Part shown: positions 10,336 to 20,449 of the stretch, in pieces | How the letters are laid out: every line of letters starts with the position of its first letter | Numbering within the stretch: position 1 is the first letter of the stretch | NCBI GenBank assembly: GCA_041690135.1 | Contig: JAWLHY010000008.1 | Coordinates: 288,001 to 352,000, forward strand | From: Armatimonadota bacterium | GTDB taxonomy: Bacteria; Armatimonadota; SYMT01 | Reading direction: 5' to 3' | Length of the DNA stretch: 64,000 nt | Notes under the pieces: model-generated | Seen by the model: only the letters and a program-made list of their open reading frames with translations | The model's database searches: none | What the model was told of the DNA's origin: nothing | Translations under genes and position numbers: made by a program

Positions 10336-10364
10336 TTGCGCGGCAACGCCTCTTCTGGTATTCT
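10336..10364 (+). promoter_or_regulatory. Sigma70-type promoter of the second tRNA-Asp
   Basis: TTGCGC-17 bp-TATTCT with extended -10 TG, same position as in copy 1. Confidence 0.7.
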
Positions 10365-10377
10365 CCTGTCGCACCGA

Positions 10378-10451
<74 letters not shown>

Positions 10452-10458
10452 CTCTCGG

Positions 10459-10490
10459 AAGGGATCGCAGCAACTACTGCGATCCCTTTT
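10459..10490 (+). terminator. Intrinsic terminator after tRNA-Asp copy 2
   Basis: AAGGGATCGCAG-caacta-CTGCGATCCCTTTT. Confidence 0.85.
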
Positions 10491-10772
10491 GCGTTTTCTG
10501 CCCGGAAACTACGGCCGCAGTTTTCCACCATGGATCGGAGACGCGAGGCAACGTTACCAGCGGGTGCCGAGCACCCTGCGGGTGAGGCTTGCGGGTGGGA
10601 GCTTCGGGCCATTTCAGTTCGAGACGTGAGTCGTCATCTGGCCGGTGCGGTTGTCGCACTCCTCTGCGCGGGGCTCGATCAGCGGCACGCAGCACGGTCC
10701 GGCGGCACCTGAGAAAAGGGTGGCAAAGGAGCGACGCCATCCACGGTGAACGGGGGGAACAGGGGGCGGCGG

Positions 10773-12302
10773 ATGAATCGGACCATGTGGCGAGGCGCGA
10801 GCATCACTCTGGGGGTGGGAATACTGGCAGCGGTTTGCGGCCAGCCGGGGGCCCAGGCACAAGCACCGGCCACCGAGATTTCCCGGCTGCTTCAGGACTC
10901 GGCGTCTCCGTCCCGCTTCCAGGGATATACGCCCCGATTTTCCGTCCAGCGGGAGGAATTCGCGGTGGGAAGCGGCATGGGAGCGACCCGGCATTCCCTG
11001 ACGGTCCTGAAGGATGGGCCCCGGTATGTGGCGATCTGCGACCCGCTCGGGTTCACCTTTGACTTGCTGGCCTTCGATCCGACCCGCGCCCCCGAGAAAC
11101 TGGAACTGCCTCCCGATTGGACCCCTACCACAACGTTGGGGACCCGTTTCACACCCTACGTGCATTTTCGCGATGGGGGGCCAAGCGGGGACCAGCGGGA
11201 CTTCAATCCGTTGCAGGAGAACGGTGCATACTCTTTTTTCCTGCGTGAGGAGTGGTTCGAGGATCGTAAGGGCAACAGCACCTACGTGATCCGGTTCCGC
11301 GTTGATCCCGTACGCGGCTACGTCGTCGATGTCATCACCCAGCTCGATTTCACGCGCGGAAGCCGGCGGAAGGCGGAGGAGATCCTCGGCATCCTGAACG
11401 TGCAGCCCGCGAACCTCGCCAATCCCTGGCCGGGCCGAGCGCGCTACGACCGAACGCTCTACACACCGAAAAACGCGGCGGACTATGCCGGTTGGTGGAA
11501 CAACCCGGCGGCCGCACGTCGCTCGCACGCGGCGGATGACTACCTCTCGGTCCGGAGCGGCGGTTTCACTACCTTCGTGGGAGAGAAAGGATCCTGGTCT
11601 CCGGTCATCTCCTATCCCGAATCAGGAGGCCGAACGGTACTTCAGCGAACGGACCACCGGTGGTTGGGCCAGCGCTGTTTCATTACGCTTCCGGCACAGC
11701 AGCCCGGACAGCCGGACCGACCTTTCCTGTCTCGCTTCGAACTCTCCGGCCTCCCTCCGGAAGCGACCGACCGTCTGGCTGAAAAGGCGGTGATACCGTC
11801 CCTAGAGGGCCAGAGGGCGGTAATGGTACGCATTGGGGTTCCCGAGGACTTTGAGGCCCAACCCCTACCACTCGACACGCGGGTCCGCGGTTTGGTGGGG
11901 TCCCAGTTCCAATTGAGCGATCGCGAGGCGCATTCGGGAAAGCAAGCGATGATCGTGCTGGGCAAACAACCCAAGGCCCAACCTGACTCTCGCCCCCAGG
12001 TCGAAGCTCCGGCCATTCCCCTCGAAGCCGATCGCACTTACCGTCTGCAAGCCTGGATCAAGGTGGGGAGCGGGCAAACCGAAGGGTTTGTCTCCGCGGA
12101 CCTGGTGGCGGACCCGGCGAACGTAGGCGCCTTCCTCAAGCGGCAGCGGACGCCTTCCGTAAAACCCGGCGAAGGTTGGAAACAGGTTTCGCTGGAGTTC
12201 AGTACGGGCCGCTCCCCCTGTTTCCTGGACCTGCGATTCCAGGCGGTGGGCAACGGGTCGGTCTATTTCGATGACTTTTCACTCACTCGTGTTGAGGACT
12301 GA
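10773..12302 (+). CDS. Secreted protein with C-terminal CBM4/9-like galactose-binding domain
   Basis: Signal peptide ending AQA; C-terminal AHSGKQA..TYRLQAWIK..GWKQVSLEF..GSVYFDDFSL. Confidence 0.75.
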   Translation: MNRTMWRGASITLGVGILAAVCGQPGAQAQAPATEISRLLQDSASPSRFQGYTPRFSVQREEFAVGSGMGATRHSLTVLKDGPRYVAICDPLGFTFDLLAFDPTRAPEKLELPPDWTPTTTLGTRFTPYVHFRDGGPSGDQRDFNPLQENGAYSFFLREEWFEDRKGNSTYVIRFRVDPVRGYVVDVITQLDFTRGSRRKAEEILGILNVQPANLANPWPGRARYDRTLYTPKNAADYAGWWNNPAAARRSHAADDYLSVRSGGFTTFVGEKGSWSPVISYPESGGRTVLQRTDHRWLGQRCFITLPAQQPGQPDRPFLSRFELSGLPPEATDRLAEKAVIPSLEGQRAVMVRIGVPEDFEAQPLPLDTRVRGLVGSQFQLSDREAHSGKQAMIVLGKQPKAQPDSRPQVEAPAIPLEADRTYRLQAWIKVGSGQTEGFVSADLVADPANVGAFLKRQRTPSVKPGEGWKQVSLEFSTGRSPCFLDLRFQAVGNGSVYFDDFSLTRVED

Positions 12303-12305
12303 CCA

Positions 12306-12995
12306 TTAGGGCACCTTGCCCCGGAGACGGGCCGTGCCGTCGAAGCTCTGGATGGTGCCGGTTCCCTGGTCCGAACGCAGGATCACCCGCGCTTTACCGT
12401 CGGAACCGCGCAGGTCGATCTCGCCCGCATTTTCGAAGCCCACTCCGGCCACCACCCGGCTCTGGTCGTCGTTGCCGCGGATGTTAATGACGCCGCCGGC
12501 GTTATCCACCCCCAAAAGCACGCGGCGGTTGCCGTCCGCTCCCCGTACGTCCACGGTTCCACCTTCCTCCGTGCCTTCCAGGGTCGTCAACTTCTTGCCT
12601 TCCGGGTTCAGAAGGTCGAGCTCCGCATTGCCGTCCTCACCTACGAACAATGTGGCTCGAGGTTTTCCGTCTGCGCCCAGCCAATCCACGAATCCGGCAT
12701 CGTGATCGACACCGACCATGACCCGAGCCTTTCCGTCCTGACCGCGCACGGCGATCACCCCGCCATTGCGGTTCGACGAGATTCCCGCCACTTCCCGTCC
12801 GTCGCTCCCGACGACCTTCAGTGAACGGCACACTACATCCCGGACAGGCGTTTGCGAGGTGGCTGCGGCGGCGCAGAACAACACCGTACCGACCGCCACG
12901 AGGCCAAGGTTACTCCATCGCTGTCGCTTGAGCGCGGCTACCTCCTGTTGGAGGAGCACCACCTGCGCGCGCAAAATTTCAACTTCTTCAGGCAT
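12306..12995 (-). CDS. Membrane-anchored protein with N-terminal coiled coil and about 8 beta-hairpin repeats of ~22 aa
   Basis: EVEILRAQVVLLQQEVAALK, hydrophobic segment, repeated GxDGKxRVxxG. Confidence 0.75.
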   Translation of the reverse strand: MPEEVEILRAQVVLLQQEVAALKRQRWSNLGLVAVGTVLFCAAAATSQTPVRDVVCRSLKVVGSDGREVAGISSNRNGGVIAVRGQDGKARVMVGVDHDAGFVDWLGADGKPRATLFVGEDGNAELDLLNPEGKKLTTLEGTEEGGTVDVRGADGNRRVLLGVDNAGGVINIRGNDDQSRVVAGVGFENAGEIDLRGSDGKARVILRSDQGTGTIQSFDGTARLRGKVP

Positions 12996-13226
12996 TCCGG
13001 CTTAACCCTCATGTGGGAAAATTTTCTGGCAGTGACGGATGGTCTGGCGTACGTGGCAACGCCTCGCCCAATGGGTAATATTCGGCACAAACACCCGACA
13101 TCCTGCCGAGCGAGCGCCTGGATCACCTCATTAATGCAGTCGCAACTAGAACGAGTGATGGTTGTCCATGGTCACGGTGGCTTTCGCTAAGTGGCGAAGC
13201 GGAAAGCCCTGCAGGCGTGAGATCAG

Positions 13227-15818
13227 GTGGGAAACTTGGGATCGTTGGTCGAGAGAGGAACTGCGAGAGGGCTTGGCGCCTCTCTTATGTTGCTGGTGCT
13301 GGCATCTGGCGCGGCGGCTGCACCGGTGAAGCGGACCCGGAAGCCCGTCCCTGCGTCGAAGCCCACGCCCGTTCGAAAGCCTATGCCGACAGCGACCGGC
13401 TCGCGCGTTTTGCGCCTACAAATCCTGCCGGAGTCGATCCAGCTTTCGGGTCCGGCCGCCGTCCAAACGGTGGTGGTGATGGGGGCGCTGAGTGACGGTA
13501 CGCGGGTGGACCTGACGAACCAGGTCACGTTGTCGCTTTCGGGCACCTCCGTCTCCCTTTCAAAGCACCGCCTACAAGCACGAAGTGACGGGAAAGCCCT
13601 GCTGATCGCGCGCCACGGATCCTTGCGGGCGAAAGCACCCATCGCGGTGGCCCTGGCGAATCGCCCCGTCACCTATTCGTTCCAGAATGATGTCGTACCG
13701 GTGCTGGCTCGCCTCGGTTGCAGCCAGGGCGCCTGCCACGGGGCAAACTCGGGGAAAGGCGGGTTCAAGCTTTCCCTCCGCGGTTACGCACCGGAACTGG
13801 ACTTTCTCTCCATCACCCGCGAATTGAGCGGACGCCGCATCGCGCGCGAAGCTCCGGACCGGAGTCTCCTGCTGCGCAAACCGCTGATGGAAGTAGCGCA
13901 TGGGGGTGGCAAAGCGCTGGAGAAGGGGTCGCGCGAGTACTATGTCCTGTTAGGCTGGCTGATGCAGGGAGCGCCGGGACCCGATCCGGCGGATCCGCAG
14001 TTGGTGAACCTGGAAGCGTTGCCCGGCGACCGGATCTACCGGGCCAAGCAGCGGCAGCAGGTGCTGATTCGAGCCCGCTTCTCCGACGGTCGCGTCGAGG
14101 ATGTGACGGAACGAGCCGTGTTCCGATCGAACGATGCCGGGGTGGCTACCGTTTCGGAGCACGGGCTGGTGGTGGCCCTCAATCCCGGCGAGACGGCCGT
14201 TCAGGCGAAATATATGGACCGTCTCGCGGTGGTGCGCGTCACGGTCCCTTACCCGCAGAAGGTCAATCCCACCGCCTTTGGTCAGCCCTTCAACTATATC
14301 GACCAGGCGGTTCACGCCAAGCTCCGTTCACTCAACCTGGAACCCAGCGGCTTGTGCACGGATGAGGAGTTCATCCGGCGGGCCTACCTCGGCGCCATCG
14401 GGACCCTGCCGACGGCGGACGAGGTGAGATCTTTCCTAGCGGAGTGCAAACAGGAGACCGGCAAGGCCGGAGGAGTGGCACAGGCGGCCCGGAACCGGCT
14501 GATCGATCAGGTGCTGAAGCGCCCGGAGTACGGCTCGATCTGGGCGTTGAAGCTGTGCGACCTCTCCATGGTCCGCCGCGAGCACATGCAGCGGAAGAAC
14601 ACGGTGGCGCTCCACCAGTGGTTGACGGAGCAGTTCCAGCAGAACCGGCCCTGGGATCAACTGGTGGCAGATCTGGTTACCGCCACCGGATCGATCGAGG
14701 AAAACCCCGCGACCCTCTGGTGGGCCAGCCGGCAGCAGACGCGTCCGAACGCCCGGGGATGGGTGCGCCACTACGAGCTTACGGCGGAGATCACGTCCCA
14801 GGTGTTCCTCGGGCAGCGGATGCAGTGCGCCAAGTGCCACAACCATCCCACTGAAAAATACACTCAGGACGATTACTACCAGTTCGCCGCCCTGTTCGCG
14901 CAGGTGAACGGCGAGGGGCGCGCCGACCCCGTGCCGGAGCGCTTCGTGGCCACGGATGCAGGCGAGGTTCGCCATCCGCGCACCGGCAAGGTCGTAATGC
15001 CACGCCCTCTGGACCACGCGGACCTCAAGCTGCAGCCGGGGGATGACCGACGGGTGAAGTTTACCCAGTGGCTGCGGGGGGAGGGGCGGGACCTGTTCGC
15101 CCGCAACATCGTGAACCGGGTATGGGCCAGGCTGTTCGGGACCGGGATCGTCGAGCCCGTGGACGACCTCCGTAGCACCAATCCGCCTCGGAACGAGCCC
15201 CTGCTGGCGGCGCTGGCGAACGACCTGATCGCGCACGGTTATGATCTCAAGTACTTGATGGGCACGATCATGCGCTCGCGCACGTTCCAGGCCTGCGCGC
15301 AGGCGACACCCGCAAATAAAGTCGACACCCAGTTCTTCTCTCACTTCCCCGCCCACCGGCTTCAGGGCGAGGAGTTGCTGGATGCGATCGCGCAGGCGAC
15401 GGGCGTGCCGGACAAGTTCGCCACGTACCCCATGGGCACACGCGCCATCGAGCTCTCGGATACGGAACTCTCGTCGCTGGCACTGGACACGTTCGGCCGC
15501 CCAAACCGCACTACGCCCTGTGAGTGCGACCGGAGCGCCGCGCCAACCGTTTCCCAGGCCCTTGATCTGCTCAACGGCGAGGTTCTCCAGGGGAAGTTGA
15601 AACACCCCGAGGGCATCATCAACCAGTGGATGAAAGCGGGGAAATCCGATGCGGAGATCCTGGAGGAACTCTATTTACGGACTCTTTCGCGCCGTCCCGA
15701 GCCTTTCGAGCTGGTAGAAGTGCAAAAAGCCCTTGCCCAGGCGCCGAAGCGGGAAGAGGGGCTGCAGGATGTGCTGTGGGCCCTGATCAATACCAAGGAA
15801 TTCATGTTCAACCACTAG
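13227..15818 (+). CDS. DUF1549/DUF1553 (PSCyt2/PSD1) protein with Ig-like domains
   Basis: CSQGACHG..GKGGFKLSL; NYIDQAV..DEEFIRRAYL; FLGQRMQCAKCHNHP; NIVNRVWARLFGTGIVEPVDD; C-terminal EFMFNH. Confidence 0.92.
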   Translation: MGNLGSLVERGTARGLGASLMLLVLASGAAAAPVKRTRKPVPASKPTPVRKPMPTATGSRVLRLQILPESIQLSGPAAVQTVVVMGALSDGTRVDLTNQVTLSLSGTSVSLSKHRLQARSDGKALLIARHGSLRAKAPIAVALANRPVTYSFQNDVVPVLARLGCSQGACHGANSGKGGFKLSLRGYAPELDFLSITRELSGRRIAREAPDRSLLLRKPLMEVAHGGGKALEKGSREYYVLLGWLMQGAPGPDPADPQLVNLEALPGDRIYRAKQRQQVLIRARFSDGRVEDVTERAVFRSNDAGVATVSEHGLVVALNPGETAVQAKYMDRLAVVRVTVPYPQKVNPTAFGQPFNYIDQAVHAKLRSLNLEPSGLCTDEEFIRRAYLGAIGTLPTADEVRSFLAECKQETGKAGGVAQAARNRLIDQVLKRPEYGSIWALKLCDLSMVRREHMQRKNTVALHQWLTEQFQQNRPWDQLVADLVTATGSIEENPATLWWASRQQTRPNARGWVRHYELTAEITSQVFLGQRMQCAKCHNHPTEKYTQDDYYQFAALFAQVNGEGRADPVPERFVATDAGEVRHPRTGKVVMPRPLDHADLKLQPGDDRRVKFTQWLRGEGRDLFARNIVNRVWARLFGTGIVEPVDDLRSTNPPRNEPLLAALANDLIAHGYDLKYLMGTIMRSRTFQACAQATPANKVDTQFFSHFPAHRLQGEELLDAIAQATGVPDKFATYPMGTRAIELSDTELSSLALDTFGRPNRTTPCECDRSAAPTVSQALDLLNGEVLQGKLKHPEGIINQWMKAGKSDAEILEELYLRTLSRRPEPFELVEVQKALAQAPKREEGLQDVLWALINTKEFMFNH

Positions 15819-15855
15819 GGAAGCAAGATCCGCAAGGGTTGCGAAAGGAAATCGG

Positions 15856-17199
15856 ATGTTCACCTTCTACGGCGCAAGCAGCTCAAACCAATGTGATGGG
15901 ATTTCCCGTCGCGACTTTCTGCGCGTCGGTGGTCTCTCCACGGCCGGACTTACGCTGGTCGACTTGCTGCGGGGAGAGGCCGCCCATGGTGCGAGCACCG
16001 CTTCGCCTGGGAAGAAGGCCCGGGCCAAGAACGTCCTGCTGGTTTACCTCGGAGGCGGGATCACCCACCATGACACCTTCGACCCGAAGCCGGAAGCGCC
16101 CGAGGAAGTGCGAGGAAAATACGGAACGATCCCCACGAAGCTTTCGGGGATCCGGTACAGCGACCAAATGCCCCACCTGGCTCAATGCAACGATCTGTTC
16201 GCATTGGTCCGCTCGCAGGTATCCGGCAGCGACCACCACGAAACGTCCACGCAGTGGATGCTGACCGGCAACTACGGTACAGCTCAGGGTGGGGACTTTC
16301 CGGCGATCGGCGCCATTGTAGCTCACGAACTTCCCGCGTTGAACTCCCTGCCGCCGTACGTCGCGATCCCGCGAAATGCCTCCTTCACCTGGGAACTGGG
16401 CAAGGCGGCATGGCTGGGCGAACAGTATGAGTCGTTTAAAGCGGGAGATCCATCGCGCGGCGATTGGAAGGTGCCGAACCTGGCTCTCCAGTCCGACGTG
16501 AATGGAGACCGCCTGGGCCGGCGGAAATCGTTACTGGACGCCATCGACCGTCTCGCCCGAAAGGTGGAGGGGAACGACAGCCTGAAGTCGATGGATACCT
16601 TCTACCGGCGAGCCGCGCAGATGGTCATGTCGGAGGAAGCCCGCCTAGCGTTCGATCTCTCCAAAGAGTCCGACAAGACGAAGGAAGCCTACGGCAAGGC
16701 GGACCGTTTCGGCATGCAGGCGCTCCTCGCCCGCCGGTTGGTCGAGGCCGATGTCCGTTTCGTCCTGCTCAACTACGGCGGCTGGGATCACCATGCGAAG
16801 ATCTTCGAAAGCTGCGACAAGGTCCTCAAGCCGTTCGACCAGGCCATGGCGGCGCTGCTCAAGGACATGAGGGACCGCGGCCTGCTCGAAGAGACCTTCG
16901 TAGCCATCTATGGTGACTTCGGGCGCACGTCCAAGGTGAACAAAGATGCAGGCCGGGACCACTGGGCGCACGCCGGCAGCATGCTTTTCGCCGGGGCGGG
17001 AGTCCGCGGTGGACAGGTCATCGGCGCCACCGACACCCTGGGCGAGTACGTGACGCAGCGGCCCGTGCGTCCGGCCGAGGTCGCCGCCACCCTTTACTCC
17101 GCCGTGGGCGTGGACTACCACAAGGAGCTCCTGATGCCGAGCGCCCGTCCGGTGCGGATCTTGCCCGAAACCGGGCCGATCCACGAGTTGTATGGGTAG
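15856..17199 (+). CDS. DUF1501 family protein, Tat-exported
   Basis: SRRDFLR Tat motif; GGITHHDTFDPKP; GWDHH; DFGRT..GRDHW. Confidence 0.93.
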   Translation: MFTFYGASSSNQCDGISRRDFLRVGGLSTAGLTLVDLLRGEAAHGASTASPGKKARAKNVLLVYLGGGITHHDTFDPKPEAPEEVRGKYGTIPTKLSGIRYSDQMPHLAQCNDLFALVRSQVSGSDHHETSTQWMLTGNYGTAQGGDFPAIGAIVAHELPALNSLPPYVAIPRNASFTWELGKAAWLGEQYESFKAGDPSRGDWKVPNLALQSDVNGDRLGRRKSLLDAIDRLARKVEGNDSLKSMDTFYRRAAQMVMSEEARLAFDLSKESDKTKEAYGKADRFGMQALLARRLVEADVRFVLLNYGGWDHHAKIFESCDKVLKPFDQAMAALLKDMRDRGLLEETFVAIYGDFGRTSKVNKDAGRDHWAHAGSMLFAGAGVRGGQVIGATDTLGEYVTQRPVRPAEVAATLYSAVGVDYHKELLMPSARPVRILPETGPIHELYG

Positions 17200-17245
17200 A
17201 ATCGTTGGACGGACATGGACCCCGAGTAGTGGGGGGAGGCACCTG

Positions 17246-17638
17246 GTGAGTCGTCAGATTACGCTAGATATCCCAGAGGAGGTCGTCGAACGCGCGGAAC
17301 GCATCGCTCGGCTGTCGCATCGCAACATCGGCGATGTTCTCACTACCGCGCTCGCGGTGGCACTCCCTCCGATGCCGCTACCCGAGGATGCGGCCGATAT
17401 CCGCCGCCTTCCAGATGACGACCTGCTAAAGCTCTGTCGGCTGGAAATGGCAGAAGAGGACGACCGGCGCTTAAGCGAGTTGCTGGAGCTCAACTCAGAG
17501 GGCGACTTGTCGGAAACGGATCGGAAGCAGTTTGTCTCCTTGATGGCCGCATACGAAGCTGGGTTGCTGCTGAAGGCGAGTGCGTTAGCAGAAGCGGTTC
17601 GAAGAGGGCTTCGACCACCATTTCAACCCCCGGTCTGA
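17246..17638 (+). CDS. Small hypothetical protein of the type found upstream of HNH endonuclease genes (antitoxin-like)
   Basis: GTG with GGGAGG RBS; QITLDIPEEV, RLSELLELNSEGDLS, LLKASALAEAVRRG. Confidence 0.75.
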   Translation: MSRQITLDIPEEVVERAERIARLSHRNIGDVLTTALAVALPPMPLPEDAADIRRLPDDDLLKLCRLEMAEEDDRRLSELLELNSEGDLSETDRKQFVSLMAAYEAGLLLKASALAEAVRRGLRPPFQPPV

Positions 17639-17801
17639 TCAGTGGGAGGAACACTTCGCCTGGAGCGTGGACGGGACATTCATCATGGGTCGTACAGCCA
17701 TGGGACGAGCAACTGTAGTGGCCCTTCAGCTCAACAATCTGATCGCCGTGATGGTTCGCCAACGCTGGGTTGAGGCCGGATGGCATCCGCCCGTAGAGTA
17801 G
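17622..17801 (+). pseudogene. C-terminal remnant of an HNH endonuclease
   Basis: Hand translation FNPRSDQWEEHFAWSVDGTFIMGRTAMGRATVVALQLNN..RQRWVEAGWHPPVE*; no start codon and no HNH core. Confidence 0.8.
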
Positions 17802-17802
17802 A

Positions 17803-19245
17803 ATGCTGCATCGACTACTGTTAGGCAGGTTGTTTGTGTTTGCACTTGCTGCGTCTGGCATGGGCTGTACGCTGGCCGTCGCAGCGGCAGCGCCGCCGAA
17901 GGTGCAGTTCAGCAAACAGGTTTTGCCGATTCTCAACCGCGAGTGCCTTGCCTGCCATCGCGGCGCAGCGGCGCCGGGCGGCTACAGCCTGGAGAGCCCA
18001 GAGCGCCTGGTGGCCGGGGGGCGACATGGCAAGGCAGTTATTCCCGGCAAAGGTGCCCAGAGCGCGCTCATCCGTTACCTGACGGGGGAGTTGAAGCCGC
18101 AGATGCCGCCCGGAAAGCCCCTGGACCTGGAAACCATCGCCCTGATCCGGCGCTGGATCGACGAGGGTGGGAAGATCGACAGCCTGGTCGATCCCACCCT
18201 GCCGGAAGGAAAGATGCAAGGCGCGATGCCGATGCAGCTTGGTGGTACTCCGGGAACACCTGCCAGGAGTGCATCCCGGTCGGGAGCACTCCTACCGGCT
18301 TCCGTAGTCCAGGCCGCCCCGGTGACGGCCCTGGCCTTTTCGCCGGACGGCAGGTTTCTGGCCGCCGGCGGGTACCAGGCCGTCCGCCTCCTCGATGCGG
18401 CAACGGGAAACGTGGTTCGCACCCTGACAGGGCCTGCGGACCAGGTGCTATCCCTGGCGTGGTCGGCAGACGGCAAGCGGCTGGCGGCCGGAGGAGGAGT
18501 GCCGGGCGCGATCGGGGAGGTCTGCCTCTGGGAAGGCGGCTCTCCCGAGGTCTGGACCAGGCCGAGGGTGCTTCGCGAGCACACCGACGCGATTTTTGCC
18601 GTAGCCTTGCGACCGGGAGCCCAGGAGATGGCCACCGTTAGCCCGGATCGTACGGTCCGCATCTGGGACCTGGCGACCGGAAAGGTGACGCGGCTCCTTC
18701 GCGACCATGTAGACGCCGTCTACGGGGCCGCGTACAGCGCCGACGGCAAGTGGTTCGCGACGGCGAGTGCCGACCGTACCGTCAAACTTTACCGGCTGGA
18801 CTCTTCCGAGCCCCCGGCCTCCCTGGGCCATGGAGACGGGGTGACCGGAGTGGCCTTCAACCCGAAGGGGGATCTGCTGGTGAGTTGCGCGCCCCGGCAG
18901 GTGCGGGTCTGGGCGGTGAAACTGGGAACGGGCCAGAATCCGCTGCGACAACATGGGGAAGGCGAAACGGTCAACGCGGTCAGCTTCAGCGGAGACGGCA
19001 GCGTCCTGGTCTGGGGCGCCTCGAACCGCCGCGTGCGCATCTGGAACGGCGAGGTATCGAACCACCGGCGCGAATTAGGAAACCTGCCGGACTGGGTTTA
19101 TTCCGTGGCCGCGTCGCCGGACGGCAAATTGGTTACTGGCGGTGTGGCGGACGGCAAAGTCTATTTCTGGGACGACAACGGCAAATTGCTGCGGACAGTC
19201 GGGCTGGGCCCCGGTGGAACTCCGCTTGCGGGGGCGGGGAAATGA
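17803..19245 (+). CDS. Planctomycete cytochrome c (PSCyt1) plus WD40-repeat protein
   Basis: CLACH..MPP..IRRWIDEG, then WD40 repeats (LAFSPDG, DRTVRIWD). Confidence 0.9.
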   Translation: MLHRLLLGRLFVFALAASGMGCTLAVAAAAPPKVQFSKQVLPILNRECLACHRGAAAPGGYSLESPERLVAGGRHGKAVIPGKGAQSALIRYLTGELKPQMPPGKPLDLETIALIRRWIDEGGKIDSLVDPTLPEGKMQGAMPMQLGGTPGTPARSASRSGALLPASVVQAAPVTALAFSPDGRFLAAGGYQAVRLLDAATGNVVRTLTGPADQVLSLAWSADGKRLAAGGGVPGAIGEVCLWEGGSPEVWTRPRVLREHTDAIFAVALRPGAQEMATVSPDRTVRIWDLATGKVTRLLRDHVDAVYGAAYSADGKWFATASADRTVKLYRLDSSEPPASLGHGDGVTGVAFNPKGDLLVSCAPRQVRVWAVKLGTGQNPLRQHGEGETVNAVSFSGDGSVLVWGASNRRVRIWNGEVSNHRRELGNLPDWVYSVAASPDGKLVTGGVADGKVYFWDDNGKLLRTVGLGPGGTPLAGAGK

Positions 19246-20012
19246 GAGCTCCACATCGGGTTCGTTCATGGGTCGCTTTGCTCACTGTCGCCGGCGGTCT
19301 ACCCTTTGCGCCTGCCGCATTGGGGCAGAAGAAGCCTTCGGCAATCGACATTCGCGCAACCACTCCGGCCTGGATCCTCACGGGGCGGGCCACCGTCGTA
19401 ACGCTGTTCGGGCAAGATCTCAAGACGGAGTCGGTGCGCTTCGAACCCTCGGGGTTCACCGGCCGAGTCGTTAAGGTCGGTCCGGCGACGCACAAGAACG
19501 ATGAGGAAAAAAAGCGGGGGAATTCGGCGGTCGAACTGGAAATAACGGTCCCGGCCGCGGCGAAGCCGGGGTACTGCAACTTCACGCTATTGGGCAAGGA
19601 CAACCAGATCGCCACGGGCCGGATCTTTGTGGATGTGCCCGCCCCCGAGATGCCGGAGAAGGAACCGAACGACAGCCTCTACCATCCCCAATCACTACCG
19701 GAGGGCAATATCACGCTGACCGGAAAGCTGGACAGGGAGGCGGTGGATGTGTTCCGCTTCGAAGGGAAGAAAGGCGAAACCTGGCGATTTGAGCTGTTTG
19801 CCCGCCGCATGAACCCGGCAAACAAGCTGGAAGCCGTGATCCGGCTGCGGGACAGTCGCCGCACCCCCTTGAAAGCCGCCGTGGACCAGGGGGGAGACTG
19901 CTACATCCAGTACGCCCTTCCGGACGACGGTGCCTACACCCTGGAGATCTTCGACGGCGACAACCGGAGTGGCGGCGATCTGGACTACCGGCTCGCCGTC
20001 CGCCGCCTGTAG
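19242..20012 (+). CDS. Secreted PPC-domain (pre-peptidase C-terminal) protein
   Basis: ATGA overlap with upstream stop; signal peptide; EKEPND, VDVFRFEGKKGE, YRLAV. Confidence 0.8.
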   Translation: MRAPHRVRSWVALLTVAGGLPFAPAALGQKKPSAIDIRATTPAWILTGRATVVTLFGQDLKTESVRFEPSGFTGRVVKVGPATHKNDEEKKRGNSAVELEITVPAAAKPGYCNFTLLGKDNQIATGRIFVDVPAPEMPEKEPNDSLYHPQSLPEGNITLTGKLDREAVDVFRFEGKKGETWRFELFARRMNPANKLEAVIRLRDSRRTPLKAAVDQGGDCYIQYALPDDGAYTLEIFDGDNRSGGDLDYRLAVRRL

Positions 20013-20013
20013 C

Positions 20014-20340
20014 CTATCTGTCCCCGCGCTGCGCGGTCCAACGCACCCCCAGAGCCAGGCCAAAAGGCAGACCCCAGAGGGCATACTTGACGGCCTGCGC
20101 ACCTGCTTCCACCGGAAGTCGGGCGCTAAGCTGGTTAGCGGCAACGATGGTGAGCAGAATACTCACCGCCAGGTACTGGATACCCAGGCGCTTGAGCGAG
20201 GCTACCAGATCGCGCCCATCCGTCGCGGTACTGACCGAGAGCCAGTGACGCAGGCAAGAAACCGCGAGTATGAAACCGATCGACAGACCCAGGGCCAATG
20301 GCGGGAGAACCCAGGCTGCCGAGGGTAGGCCTATTTCCAC
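20014..20340 (-). CDS. Small membrane protein (about 3 TM)
   Basis: Hydrophobic segments. Confidence 0.6.
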   Translation of the reverse strand: MEIGLPSAAWVLPPLALGLSIGFILAVSCLRHWLSVSTATDGRDLVASLKRLGIQYLAVSILLTIVAANQLSARLPVEAGAQAVKYALWGLPFGLALGVRWTAQRGDR

Positions 20341-20449
20341 AGGCGTGCCTCCGCAAACTCCGGAGAGCGGGGGGCCGTCCGGATAGTCAGGTGTCCTTAG
20401 GTAAGATTATCCGAAGAACTCCCGGAATCGACCGGTCTATTCCAGTGTT

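Noticed and set aside
18750-19241. N-terminal extension of the PPC ORF
   Set aside because: Off-frame overlap with the WD40 gene; the signal peptide begins at ATG 19242
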